DNA of 64,000 bases from Eledone cirrhosa (lineage: Eukaryota), in contig OZ024740.1 of assembly GCA_964016885.1 (NCBI GenBank), positions 321,470,001-321,534,000 of the forward strand, read 5' to 3'. The translations under genes were made by a program, and so were the position numbers. Positions 1 through 14,146 of this stretch are shown here, in pieces (positions within the stretch are counted from its first letter, which is position 1; every line of letters begins with the position of its first letter). Below the pieces are notes generated by a model. It made no database searches. It was not told the DNA's origin and saw nothing but the letters and a program-made list of their open reading frames with translations.

Positions 1-317
1 AAATATAGACGCACATGTGAACCTACGTGATACGCTGCACTGATTCTTATATTTCATGAAAAACTTCAATGCGTTAGAAAAGATTCCACCCTACATACAT
101 TTACATACATATATACATATATATAGACACAAAACATATAAGATATACATTAACATCTAAAATAACATTCCAGCCTCACTTGCATGATCATCGATCAAGC
201 ATAGAGTAGACAACAGATATCAATATTAAAATTAAAAACGCCAAGAATATCTTCGTCACTCCACTTGCATATATTTTGCTCCAATACCGTTGAGCGCTTT
301 ATATTATAACTGAAAAA

Positions 318-887
318 ATGGAATTCTTTAAGATCTCTTCTTCTCTAAAAGACATACCTCTACCTAGAAACAAGGACTTTATTAAACAACTAATAGATAA
401 ATCAGACTCCTTTATAAGGAGAATCAGGTGGCGTGCATTCCACTTTGATAAATCTAAATCTAACGTAAACGAAAATGCCTCAGACCTAGACAGAGTCTTC
501 AAATCTAAAAAAAATCCACCCCCCAACAAACCTTTGAATGATTTTGAAAACGATATAATTTCTATCATACAAGGAGTCAGATTCAAGAGAAACTTCAATG
601 GCCAGGAATATCTGAAAAGCATTAAGGATAATATTGCGAGCTTAGAGAGAACAGAGAAGATCTTGGTGAAATCGGACAAAACCAACAACCTCTATGGAGT
701 GGAAAAAGACATGTATAATGGCCTCATACTGAAAGAACTAAGGAAAAAGTACAAGGTAGCAGATAAGGCTGAACTTGAGAAAATGAATGTTGAGGCATCA
801 TGTATAATGCATGAGTTGGAAATTGAGAACAAAACACAACCTTTCGTGCCTAGGAAACCCAAGATCAATATGAAAGATCACAAGTGA
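318..887 (+). CDS. PLE polyprotein N-terminal part, separated from 903-2543 by one in-frame TGA
   Basis: PLE N-terminal motifs FIRRIRWRA, KSDKTNNLY and MKDHK. The same frame continues after the TGA at 885-887 (NFENDLPVRLI). Confidence 0.8.
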   Translation: MEFFKISSSLKDIPLPRNKDFIKQLIDKSDSFIRRIRWRAFHFDKSKSNVNENASDLDRVFKSKKNPPPNKPLNDFENDIISIIQGVRFKRNFNGQEYLKSIKDNIASLERTEKILVKSDKTNNLYGVEKDMYNGLILKELRKKYKVADKAELEKMNVEASCIMHELEIENKTQPFVPRKPKINMKDHK

Positions 888-902
888 AATTTTGAAAATG
901 AC

Positions 903-2543
903 TTGCCAGTCAGGTTGATTGCACCATCAAAATCTGACCTGGGTAAACTTAGCAAGAACATTCTAGACAGAGTGATACAGCAAATTAAGGACTTGAATTG
1001 TTTACCTGGCTTGACCTTGTGGAAGGGAACTGGGGAGGTCATTGAGTGGTTTAATGAAATTAAATATAACAATAATAATAAATTTATTCAACTAGATATT
1101 GTTAACTACTATTCATCCATTACCCCTAATCTACTTAATAAGGCACTAAATTACGCATTCAAGCATACAGACCTAACTAGCAATGAAATGCACATTATAT
1201 TATCGGCAAGGAAAACTTTGATAGAATTTAATAACCAACTATGGACTAGGGCAGATAGAGATAATAATTTTGACATTACTATGGGATCATCAGACTCAGC
1301 TCAGGTAACGGACCTTGTGGGCCTATTTATAATTAATTCGCTGCATAGGAAAATACCCGGTGTTACCGGAGGTTTATATAGAGATGACATGCTTTTACTT
1401 ATTGAAAATAATAACTCTGAACTAAATAAGAAAAGAAAACAAATTATACAATTTTTTAATTACCTTAATCTAAAAATAGAAATTGAGAATAACCATAGAA
1501 TAGTCAATTTCCTAGACGTAACATTTAATCTCAACACATGTCTTCACTATCCATTTCATAAGTTAAATGAAAACTTGAATTATGTCAATTTTAGCTCCAA
1601 TCACCCCAGATCTGTCAAAAATACTATAGTGAACTCTGTTCAAAAACGTATCTCTAGAATCTCTTCCAATAAAAATATTTTTGACGAAAAAGCCCAGTAT
1701 TATAATGAAGCTTTAGCTAGAGCAGGATATAGTGATAAAATTATGTACATCGATAATAGACAAACTAACCAAAATAACAACAATTTTAATTACAGTAACA
1801 ACTTTAACAACTATAATAGAAAGCACTACAATAATTTCAAAAACCAGAAAAGAAATAGAACTAGAAATATAATATGGTTTGCCCCCCCTTTCTCACTAAA
1901 CATTAAAACCCACATCGCTAAACTATTTTTTAATGCTCTTGACAAACGCTTCCCTAGAACACATAAGTATCACTCAATTTTTAATAGACATACTATAAAA
2001 TTAACGTACTCGTCCACCAAAAATTTAGCACAAAATATTAATAGAATAAATAATAGGAATCTAAAACCTAGCCAAAATACCGAAAATAGCCTAAACAATA
2101 TTCAACTAAAAAACTGTAACTGTAGAGATAGATATAAATGTCCGCTAAATAACAATTGCTTAGTTAAAAATATAATATACAACTGTAATGTTAGAACTGA
2201 TTTAAATTCTTTTAATTATGTTGGTTCCACCTCGACAGAATTTAAACTTCGCTATAATAATCACAAAAACTCTTTCACGGATCCAAATAAAAAATCCTCA
2301 ACATCGCTGTCAGGGTTACTCTGGCAACTTAAGCATGATAAAGTTGGATATTCGATGGTTTGGAATATAGTCTCAAAAGGGATTCCTTTTAATTCCTCTT
2401 CTGAGACTTGTGACCTCTGCGCGGAGGAGATATTCTTTATATTAAAATCTAAAAATTCCCTTAATTTACGAACCAATTTATTCAGCTGTTGCAGACATAG
2501 ATTGAACTCAACATTTAAATATAAATATAAATTTAAAATGTAA
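903..2543 (+). CDS. PLE reverse transcriptase + GIY-YIG endonuclease
   Basis: RT motifs DIVNYYSSI, MGSSDSAQVTDLVG, LYRDD and NFLDVTF. Cys-rich linker CNCR..CPL..C. Endonuclease IIY..YVGST..FKLRYNNH and CDLC..E..LN.R..CRHR. Confidence 0.9.
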   Translation: MPVRLIAPSKSDLGKLSKNILDRVIQQIKDLNCLPGLTLWKGTGEVIEWFNEIKYNNNNKFIQLDIVNYYSSITPNLLNKALNYAFKHTDLTSNEMHIILSARKTLIEFNNQLWTRADRDNNFDITMGSSDSAQVTDLVGLFIINSLHRKIPGVTGGLYRDDMLLLIENNNSELNKKRKQIIQFFNYLNLKIEIENNHRIVNFLDVTFNLNTCLHYPFHKLNENLNYVNFSSNHPRSVKNTIVNSVQKRISRISSNKNIFDEKAQYYNEALARAGYSDKIMYIDNRQTNQNNNNFNYSNNFNNYNRKHYNNFKNQKRNRTRNIIWFAPPFSLNIKTHIAKLFFNALDKRFPRTHKYHSIFNRHTIKLTYSSTKNLAQNINRINNRNLKPSQNTENSLNNIQLKNCNCRDRYKCPLNNNCLVKNIIYNCNVRTDLNSFNYVGSTSTEFKLRYNNHKNSFTDPNKKSSTSLSGLLWQLKHDKVGYSMVWNIVSKGIPFNSSSETCDLCAEEIFFILKSKNSLNLRTNLFSCCRHRLNSTFKYKYKFKM

Positions 2544-3757
2544 TATAAAATGTAGTATATTTACTTAAGGTATTTGACTATTTGTGATACTTGGCGATAA
2601 ATCTTTCGATTCCTTAAATTTTTTTAAAACCTTTCTGCATGAATATATAATTAATGAGATTAAATAAACTACCCTATAATTGGCGTTGTCCCCAATCTTT
2701 TGAATACATTTTTAAGCTGGATAAACTTCTATAATAAATATAAGAGCATTTGTAGAATAAGTTTTGAATGATTTCTGCTAAATAAGGCTTGATGAACAAT
2801 TTTGGTTTTGTTTGCTTTTGACTCTGATTCTATGACCGATATGCATGGCATACTATGTTCTCTTGCGTCCCTAGATACTCTGTGGAGTGACGAAGATATT
2901 CTTGGCGTTTTTAATTTTAATATTGATATCTGTTGTCTACTCTATGCTTGATCGATGATCATGCAAGTGAGGCTGGAATGTTATTTTAGATGTTAATGTA
3001 TATCTTATATGTTTTGTGTCTATATATATGTATATATGTATGTAAATGTATGTAGGGTGGAATCTTTTCTAACGCATTGAAGTTTTTCATGAAATATAAG
3101 AATCAGTGCAGCGTATCACGTAGGTTCACATGTGCGTCTATATTTATCAACTTGAATTTGAGATAACCTTCTCTTTTCTCTTTTTTCAGGAGAATGCATA
3201 TATACTTATGTTTGAAGTTTTATCTCAGATTTTGCTTATAGACCTAAGAATTTTTAACTGAGCATGTGGTCATTTTTTTTTTCACACATTATGGATATGT
3301 GTCTCATTCATGAATACTGATATTTACATTATAATACCTAATTCATAAAAATTGATAATTCAAATGGATGAGACATAATATATTTTTAATATATTTTAAA
3401 TATATCATCTTTCTTTCTTTTTCTCCTATACACTAATTTAACTGTATCCCTTCCCTTAACCTCTCACATATACGATGATCATCTGTCAAAAAGCAGCCTA
3501 CTATGTTTTTTCACCATCAATGTATTTCTCTCTCTCCTTGTCTCTCTATTTCGCTCCGTTGTTTTTCTTTGCATACATCTCTTCATATTCTTCTTTTTTT
3601 TTTTTATTTGCATACATCTCTTCATCTTCTTCTTCTTATCTTCGTTTTCTTTCTATATAACTATCATAACAGTTTCACTACCAAATCAACTTTTTAAAAG
3701 GAAGTTGCATTATCACAAGGTATGTCACTAATTATTTATAAAACAGCTTATGTATTG

Positions 3758-3823
3758 TATTTTGTCTGAGGAAGGCATAACATATTTTTAATATGATATC
3801 CCAGAAATATATATAACGAAATA
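3758..3823 (+). ncRNA. Minimal type I hammerhead ribozyme in PLE 3' pLTR
   Basis: tattttgt-CTGAGGA-(imperfect stem II)-GAAA-TATATA-TA-acgaaata. Confidence 0.7.
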
Positions 3824-3922
3824 AATATGGTTTTATAAATATAAATATAGTTTCCATTTGTTTAATATCGTATATAATATATATGTATATATAATATATA
3901 TATATTATATATATATATATAT

Positions 3923-3954
<32 letters not shown>

Positions 3955-3968
3955 ATATATTATATATA

Positions 3969-4543
3969 TCTACTATATAAATTGGAAGTGGTCGGACGTT
4001 GTATGTGTAGGTATGTGTTGGTGGTATGCAGCGAAAATTTACACAGTTATGCAGAATGACGCGAGGAGGCGTTGGGTCGACTTTCAAGCTACAAGCTTCC
4101 ATGGTTACAGAGAAAGACCATTTTGTCTTTATTTTACTAGGAAACGGCTAGCCAAAGGGAAGGCCGACTTTCAACGTCACGTCAGTATCGTGAACGCTCG
4201 ATTACGAGATTTGATATTTTGCGCGTTCTAAGCAGACTTCTACTGCATAAATAACACATTCAAATTAATAAAGTATACTTTGCATTTCATTAGTTTATTT
4301 AACTACAACAAGCAGTTTAAATGGGTGGCATTCTGGTTGTTCGTTTTTCACTACAAAATCATATTTCTGTTTTCAACCTTATTTGACAGTAAATTTATTA
4401 GGATTTCGGTTTTTGTTATTCTTAATATTTTTTGTTTTTCGTGTTCCCTTTTTGTGATTTTTGTTGGTTTCTTGGTGGAGAAAAGAAGTTGAATTCTTAT
4501 CAGTGAACCAAATCTCCCGGGTAAAACCGGGTTAAACAGCTAG
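3969..4543 (+). mobile_element. Non-autonomous Helitron
   Basis: 5' TCTACTATATAAA. 3' hairpin CCCGGgtaaaaCCGGG followed by CTAG. Flanked by A and T. Confidence 0.75.
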
Positions 4544-7267
<2,724 letters not shown>

Positions 7268-7272
<5 letters not shown>

Positions 7273-7626
7273 GCCGAAATATCTATGATCCGCAGTAAAC
7301 AGCTGACGAGGGGCTACTTTTCTTCTCGTGTTTAATTCTATATTACGTTTTTACACTTTATTTACAGTAACCACACAGCCTTCCCCTTTACTTGTATTTT
7401 TGTATTCACTGCTGTGATCCCCCACCACCTGTTTTGCCCGATTTGTTGTCCGATCGGATATCGATCGGGCGCGCTGCCGATCGATGTCCTATTTTAAACG
7501 CCGAAACATCTATGATTCGCAGTAAACAGCTGATGAAGGGATACTTTTCTTCTCTTGTTTACGTCCTATTACCATCTTACACTTTGTTTACAGTAACCAC
7601 ACAGCCTGCCTCTTTACTTGTATTTT

Positions 7627-7630
<4 letters not shown>
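7268..7630. repeat. Diverged direct duplication of about 135 bp
   Basis: 7268-7402 matches 7496-7630 (aaacgccgaaa..tctatgat.cgcagtaaacagctga..). Confidence 0.7.
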
Positions 7631-7660
<30 letters not shown>

Positions 7661-7661
<1 letters not shown>

Positions 7662-8001
7662 AGTATATGTTGGTTGTTTACCGACACCTCAGTATGCAGA
7701 TTGGAGCACTCGACGAAGTACGCAGGTTGGTTTGTTTACTCCAGAGTAATGTAAAATAATTAAGTCAAATATGTAAAATTTGATTCCAGTTCCTCATAGG
7801 AATAACAACACAACCAGGAGCTGGAAATATCGATGTATTGACGGAGTAAAACACACTTCAACAACATGTGTACATATCTTTTCCACATCAATTCGGACTG
7901 CTTGAAGAGGTCACCGTCAATGATGGCTGTCACCACAATGTATATATAGCAGTATACCTATAATTTATAATAAACGAAGCCAAATACATATTTGACTTAA
8001 T

Positions 8002-8006
<5 letters not shown>
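7661..8006 (+). mobile_element. Decayed mini-PLE (inverted tail plus pLTR end) in (TA)n
   Basis: Short inverted repeat taattaagtcaaatatgta / tacatatttgacttaatta. Tail resembles those at 22747 and 59053. Decayed hammerhead near 7898-7953. Confidence 0.5.
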
Positions 8007-8031
<25 letters not shown>

Positions 8032-8032
<1 letters not shown>

Positions 8033-8902
8033 GTAAAAAATTGAACGGGAACAAAACAGAGAGGCAGTACGAACAAAGGTTTATTAGTTTCACGCTCTTG
8101 AGAGTGGGGTGGTGGTGGGAAACGACGTTTCGGGCATAAGCCCTTCTTCAGGTGAAAAGTGTGTGGGAAGAGTGTTCCAAGGGTGTGTAGGGGAGTGGTG
8201 GAGAGACATATAGAAAAAAGGGGGTGAGAGGAAACGGTACAAATGAAATTAAATATAAAAGCATGATAAAAATAAAAATAAAAATACACATGAAGTAAAA
8301 CAGGTGGTGGAAGGGTGTGGGGCGTGTAGGGGGTGGTGGCGGGTGGAGTGGGGAGGGGGAGGCGGTGTGTCCGAGCGGGGAGGGCTGAAGGTGGTGTGTG
8401 TTTGTAGGGGTACGTGTGTGTGTGTGTGTGTGTATGTGAAAGTAAGAGTTGGGGGAAGAACGGGGTTGCATGTTCAGGAAGAGGTGTGTATGGGGTGGGG
8501 TGTAGGTCGGAGTGTGCGTGCGTGTGTGGATGGGGAGGGGTCAGAGGGGTAGGGGGAGAGGATTCCGGAGGCTGAGTGTGTAAATATGTGGTGGTACGCA
8601 CGTGTGTGTGTGGTGTTTATGCGTGTTGTGGATGTAGGTGGCGTGTGGGAAAAACATTTTTTTGAGTGTATGTCAGTGGGTGAGTCCTTAAGGTAATTCC
8701 GTAGAGGATGTGGTGGGATGCTGATTAATATCCTTGGGATGTGGTGGATTCTAGGGATCGATGTTCACATATGTGTAATCCGTGAAGAGATTGGTCGGAA
8801 GAGGGGAGATGTGGGGTGCGCGCGCAACAGGAAGTGGTCAGAGGGTCAAGACAGGAGGAGGGTTGTGTGTCTCTGTGTGCGGGGAGATAAGGGCATAGCA
8901 GC

Positions 8903-8905
<3 letters not shown>
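8032..8905 (-). mobile_element. PLE pLTR-like remnant with hammerhead-like core
   Basis: Minus strand reads CTGAAGA-agggcttatgccc-GAAA-CGTC at about 8121-8154. Both ends lie in (TA)n. Confidence 0.5.
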
Positions 8906-8947
<42 letters not shown>

Positions 8948-8980
8948 ATCACGATAGTGTGTTACCTTTTCAACATATTG

Positions 8981-9325
<345 letters not shown>

Positions 9326-9344
9326 ATGTATATATATATAGTAT

Positions 9345-9499
9345 AGTCCCTAGGACATTGAAAATTTGAAATACCTTTTGCTCAAAACACTCACACGACC
9401 ATAAGTGTTACATGTGTAAAGTTTGAAAACAATCGGTTGGGTGGTTCTCGAGTTTTAGGGAGTCAGACTGACAGACATTCTATGTTTTAGATATATAGA
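9345..9499 (-). mobile_element. Helitron-like 5' end fragment
   Basis: Minus strand begins TCTATATATCTAAAACATAGAATGTCTGTC, resembling the other Helitron 5' ends. Confidence 0.45.
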
Positions 9500-9697
9500 T
9501 GATGAAGACAATGAAAATAAAATAAAAAGGCGAAGAAAAAAAAAATTAATTTCTACATACATGTTCTTTCAGAGAAATGACTTCTAGAAGCTGAGTAGGA
9601 CAGACACAGAGAAATGACTATTCTGAAAGAACATGTATGTGAAAATTAATTAATTTTTTTTCTTCCCCTTTTTATTTTATTTTCATTGCCTTCATCA
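9500..9697. repeat. Imperfect fold-back
   Basis: gatgaagacaatgaaaataaaataaaaagg..catacatgttcttt.. versus ..aaagaacatgtatg..ttttattttattttcattgccttcatc. Confidence 0.7.
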
Positions 9698-9799
9698 CTA
9701 TTATTACTATTATCACTATTTGTACAAATATACAATTTAACACTATTCTGCATATCCGCAATTGACAATGCATTTAATGTCGGTATTGTAAATAAATTA

Positions 9800-9925
9800 A
9801 TTGTTTCTACTTTAGGCACAAGGCCAGCAATTTCCCAGTGCATTACTGGTACTTTATTTTATCGACCCCGTAAGGATGAAAGGCAAAGTCAACCTCGGCG
9901 GGATTTGAACTCAGATCGTAAAGGG
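9800..9925 (-). mobile_element. tRNA-derived SINE (Nin/Deu-like core), partial
   Basis: Core gagttcaaatcccgccgaggttgactttgcctttcatccttacggggtcgataaaataaagtaccagt recurs more than 10 times in the window. Confidence 0.8.
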
Positions 9926-11681
9926 ACGTTTTTGTAAATAAATTAATGTTTTCATATCTCTCTGAAAAAAATCTCTTCAGCATTTTCTACTGAAATAATC
10001 TTTTTCCTTTATATATATATATATTTTGATTTTTTGATTGTACCTTTTAATATGAATGTAATCTCGAAGTGTGTACTGCCACTCTAAATTCTGTAATGAA
10101 TGTTGACCCACAATATTTGCATATGTATCGGTATGTCTCTTGGCTGAAAAGGAGGTCATATAACTGTCCATTCATTAATAAATTGCTCCGAAGAATCCAA
10201 ACCTCCGTTTGGAGGAAACAGCTGTAAGCACAATAATGTTTTGAACAGTTCTTTGATTCTTATATTTCATATAACTGCTCTGTAAATCATCTGATGTTTT
10301 TACATTGAGCTACTTAACTTACCGGTAATAAGGTAGTAATACATTACTGCCTACCACTATTTAGGGTTTGTATAAAAAATACATATAACTGCATAAGGTT
10401 TTTGTATTTACATAACCATAAATAGTATAATTAATACTAATTAATACTATATATATATATATATATTTGTGTGTGTGTATTGTAAGTAATATATATTTAT
10501 GCTAGAATACACCGTATAATAGGAGCTACAAGGTGAATTTTCACCATTCCCTCCCTCTGTACACAGAAAAAATATAGGAGATTACCTTTTTGCATTTCGG
10601 TGATTTCTGTTTCCTCATTCAATCACTATAATACTGATTGAACTTGAGTATCGTGAAATAAAGTGTCTTGCTTAAGTACACTTCGCGATGCAGGGCATTG
10701 AATTCACGTGACCCGAACAACTTCTAACCATTAAACCATGCGTCTTCACAACTCTGTAGTTAAGTTTTTTTACTCACCTCAAAGCTCCACAGAAAATACA
10801 GGATACGAACAAGCCAGGAAGGCCTCTGTACGTCCCCAACGACTGTGTCACAAAATAGGGTAGAATCTATAGCAGAATGGAAAATAAAACATGTTATAAG
10901 GAACCTTTCTTGATTCGATCCAGGTTCTGGTGACACCGAAATGGTGGGATTTGAACTGGACTTCAAATAATAAACCGTTAAATACTCATAACCGGAATCC
11001 CCTAGCTATACACTATTTAACATGTCCGATTTCTTACGAAATAAGGATTTTTTTGCCCAAGAAGAAACCCTCTCACATTAGCACAAGGTCTGCAATTTAT
11101 ATATCAGGTTTAATGGACACCAGCACATAACTGGTACTTTATCGTTCCAGGCTGATGACAAGGAGCATTCGAATTCAGATCGAAGAAGTATGGAATTTTA
11201 TAAGGTATTTAATATGGCTTCCCATCATATCTGACTTATTCTTATTAAATAATGGTTTCCTTGACCTAGGAAAAAATCCGTTTCAGGGAATGTACATGAT
11301 CAATAAAGTATGTTACTGGTATTATTTCGTGGATGAGATTTGAACAAGGCAGAAACATAGAATCAGAAACTGGAAGGGAATTATAGACATAACAGAATAT
11401 ATAGACCTGGAAACTGTGAGTTTGAGATATAAAAAGGAAAGAAGCCGATCGACAGATGAGACTGTTTTCATTGGTCTTTCTATTGCTGATACTATCTGCC
11501 GGTTGTAACTCCTGGTAGAGGGAGCAACGTCAACTAGAATATTTTGCTCAATGCTCGGTTCAGGAGTCGAACCTTGCAGTCATAAGTTCAACTTTCTATC
11601 TACTAAGCCACTCGCCTTCACGATATGGAAGGAAGATACATACATGACAGAATCTAAAGACAAAGAAACTGTTGTACTTAC

Positions 11682-11805
11682 TTTGTCATATGATTTAATT
11701 ACGGATAAAGGATCACAATCAGCGTAATTAGCATAAATAATGAGTCCTGTGACACACAATAAGGTGAGTATTAATAAGGAGACTGGTAAAGCGAGGTAAA
11801 CAGAT
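11682..11805 (-). CDS. SLC5A8-like: Sodium-coupled monocarboxylate/solute symporter (SLC5/SSS family), internal exon, 124 nt
   Basis: tttcag|A SVYLALPVSLLILTLLCVTGLIIYANYADCDPLSVIKSYDK|gtaagt. Y..CDPL is an SLC5 motif and the phase matches the preceding exon. Confidence 0.9.
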
Positions 11806-12054
11806 CTGAAATAGAACAAAATAGAATTATCTAATAAAACAAAATATATTTGTTAAACTACTGACGTCACTCGCTAAATATTTATTATTTTTTTTGTGTT
11901 TATTGTATTTGTTTGTCGTTTTTTACACCCCTACTATAAACCTCCCTCTAAACCAACTTTACAAGTTACCAAAATTTAGCTGCCACTGTTTTTGGCAAGT
12001 TTGTTTGCTTGATTGGTAGATCGATTATTCAATTGAACAATAAAAAAATTATAA

Positions 12055-13185
12055 TCTGTATCTATATATATAAAATTAAGTGTGTGCGCGTGCGCGCGCG
12101 TGTGTGTATTACCTATAAGGGCCTACATCTTACGACCGGTTTTCATGAAACTTTACAGGCTCATAGATTAGTCATCGGGGAGTGTTTTCTATATATCAGC
12201 GTATCGTTTTTTATTTTTTATTCCGGAGTCATTCTGCAGATAAAAATCGATAGGGGGTCACCTTTTTTTAGGTATCGAAAAATAAGATTTTTGGCTCTAG
12301 CTCCCACATTTTGCCACCGATTTCGTTCAAATTTTAAAGCAAAATAGAATTTATCATTGCACATCCTGTAATGGCTTTATATTTTGCATTTGTTGTTCAG
12401 GGATGGCGTGGAAGTCGCTTAAATATTCAAAAATACCACTTTTAGACTCAAATTTTTTTGGCTCTAGCTCCCACATTAATCAACCTACTTTGTTCAAATT
12501 TTACACTACGCTAGATCTGATTATTTCACGTCTTAAAGTGGTTTTACATTTTGGATTTTTTGTTCAGGAACGGCGTGACAGCCGCTTAAATATTCGAAAA
12601 TACCACCTTTTCGCTCAAATTTCCGCCTTTTCGGCTCTAGCTCCCACATTTTTCAACCGATTTCGTTCAAATTCGAAACTTCGGCTCCACCTCACACATA
12701 AATCAATTCATTTGGTTCAACTTTTATACTACGATAGAACCTATCATTGCACATCTTATAGATGGTCAAAGGCAAAACCATGGACACTGACGTCGTCTGA
12801 GCTTTTAGTTGTGTATTTGAGAATTCATCGGTTTCCAATCAAGTAGCGTGAGGAAATTTGGCTTAGTGTTAGAGGTCATTACCTCCCTCCCCCAACATGC
12901 CCCTTCGTCAGTCACCCGCGTTTCTCAGTGATAGAGGTCATCACCACCCTCCTCCGCATGGCCTGTGTGTGGCCATAGATGAGTCATCGAGAAGCAATCG
13001 CTAAGATCAACACCTTTTCATCAAAGCAGATATTATTTTACCTACCCCGAGGTTAACTTTACCTTTCATACTTATGGGGTCGATAAAATAAAGTACCAGT
13101 AATACACTGGAATAATTGCTGGCCTTGTGCCAAAAGTAGAAACAATTATTTTACCTACCCAGGCAACGCTGGGTACTGCTGCTAG
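12055..13185 (+). mobile_element. Non-autonomous Helitron with nested SINE
   Basis: 5' TCTATATATATAAAATT. 3' CCCAGgcaacgCTGGG hairpin then CTAG|T. Confidence 0.75.
13048..13144 (+). mobile_element. 5'-truncated SINE with 16-bp target-site duplication
   Basis: attattttacctaccc at 13032-13047 and 13145-13160. Confidence 0.85.
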
Positions 13186-14051
13186 TAGTATATATAAAGC
13201 ATTGTGAGATATATGGTTAAGGTTGGTTGGAAAAGACGGTACAATGCAAGTTAAAAATACAGAAGTGAAAATTAATTCAGCGGAAATTCTTTTACGATTT
13301 TGTCCGCGGGGCACAGCCCCAATATCGCTGCGTCCTAGGCCTAGAGTCCACCACCCTCTCCATTCCCCTCCCATTCTTCTGTAAACCCCAGAGTCCTTGC
13401 CCTTCCTTTTATTTTTCGTTTTTAAATACTTGTAGTAAGTTATTTGAAATAGATTTGTTTATGATTTAAAAAAAATGTTATTAATAAATCATTTATTCTA
13501 TATGCAAAAAAAAATAAAATTAATAAAATAATAATAAATAACAGTCGTCACAAAACACTATTTCTAACTACAACAAATATCAAGATGGTAAAACCACTAT
13601 TTAATGATCTACTGACTGTTCCAAGTATTTGATCAGGGTTTCTTTTTTTTGTCTCTTAGTTCTAACTTAGTCTCATCTCAGACTCCACCTCCCTCTGCTA
13701 ATGTATGCTTTCTCCACATGTCAATCAAATTATAACCACGCCCCCGAAGAGATAGATTTAAACCAAATTAAATCAAAAAGATTTATTTCTCATTTGCTAT
13801 CGAATCGCTAGAAGCTTAACTAGTGAGCAAGGAATCATTACAACAACAATGAAGAGTCCCGGATTCAATCAGGGTAACCACAGTAAGTAAGGTACTCAAT
13901 ATATTAGTAGAGTGTAAACATCAAATTTAATATAGAAATTGCTTCTACAGAACTAGAACTGTTTCATTCGAAAGAGATCATCAGGAAAGCTTGATGATCT
14001 CTTTTGACTGAATCAGTTCTCGTCCTGTAGAATGTATTTCTATATTATATT

Positions 14052-14142
<91 letters not shown>

Positions 14143-14146
<4 letters not shown>

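Larger units (their letters stand above)
1..3870 (+). mobile_element. Penelope-like retroelement (PLE), near-intact, with inverted 5' pLTR copy running off the window
   Basis: RT plus C-terminal GIY-YIG ORF at 318-2543. Bases 1-264 are the reverse complement of 2882-3145. The 3' end carries a hammerhead motif (3758-3823) and ends in (TA)n. Confidence 0.92.

Noticed and set aside
885-887. TGA as selenocysteine in the PLE ORF
   Set aside because: The position after KDHK is not a Cys site (the related copy at about 35450 reads KDHEVDF) and no SECIS was recognised. A nonsense mutation is simpler.
13935-14035. Hammerhead-like CTGATGA..GAAA in a small fold-back (relative at 62415-62470)
   Set aside because: Stems I-III are too decayed to call. 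Probably an old pLTR remnant.
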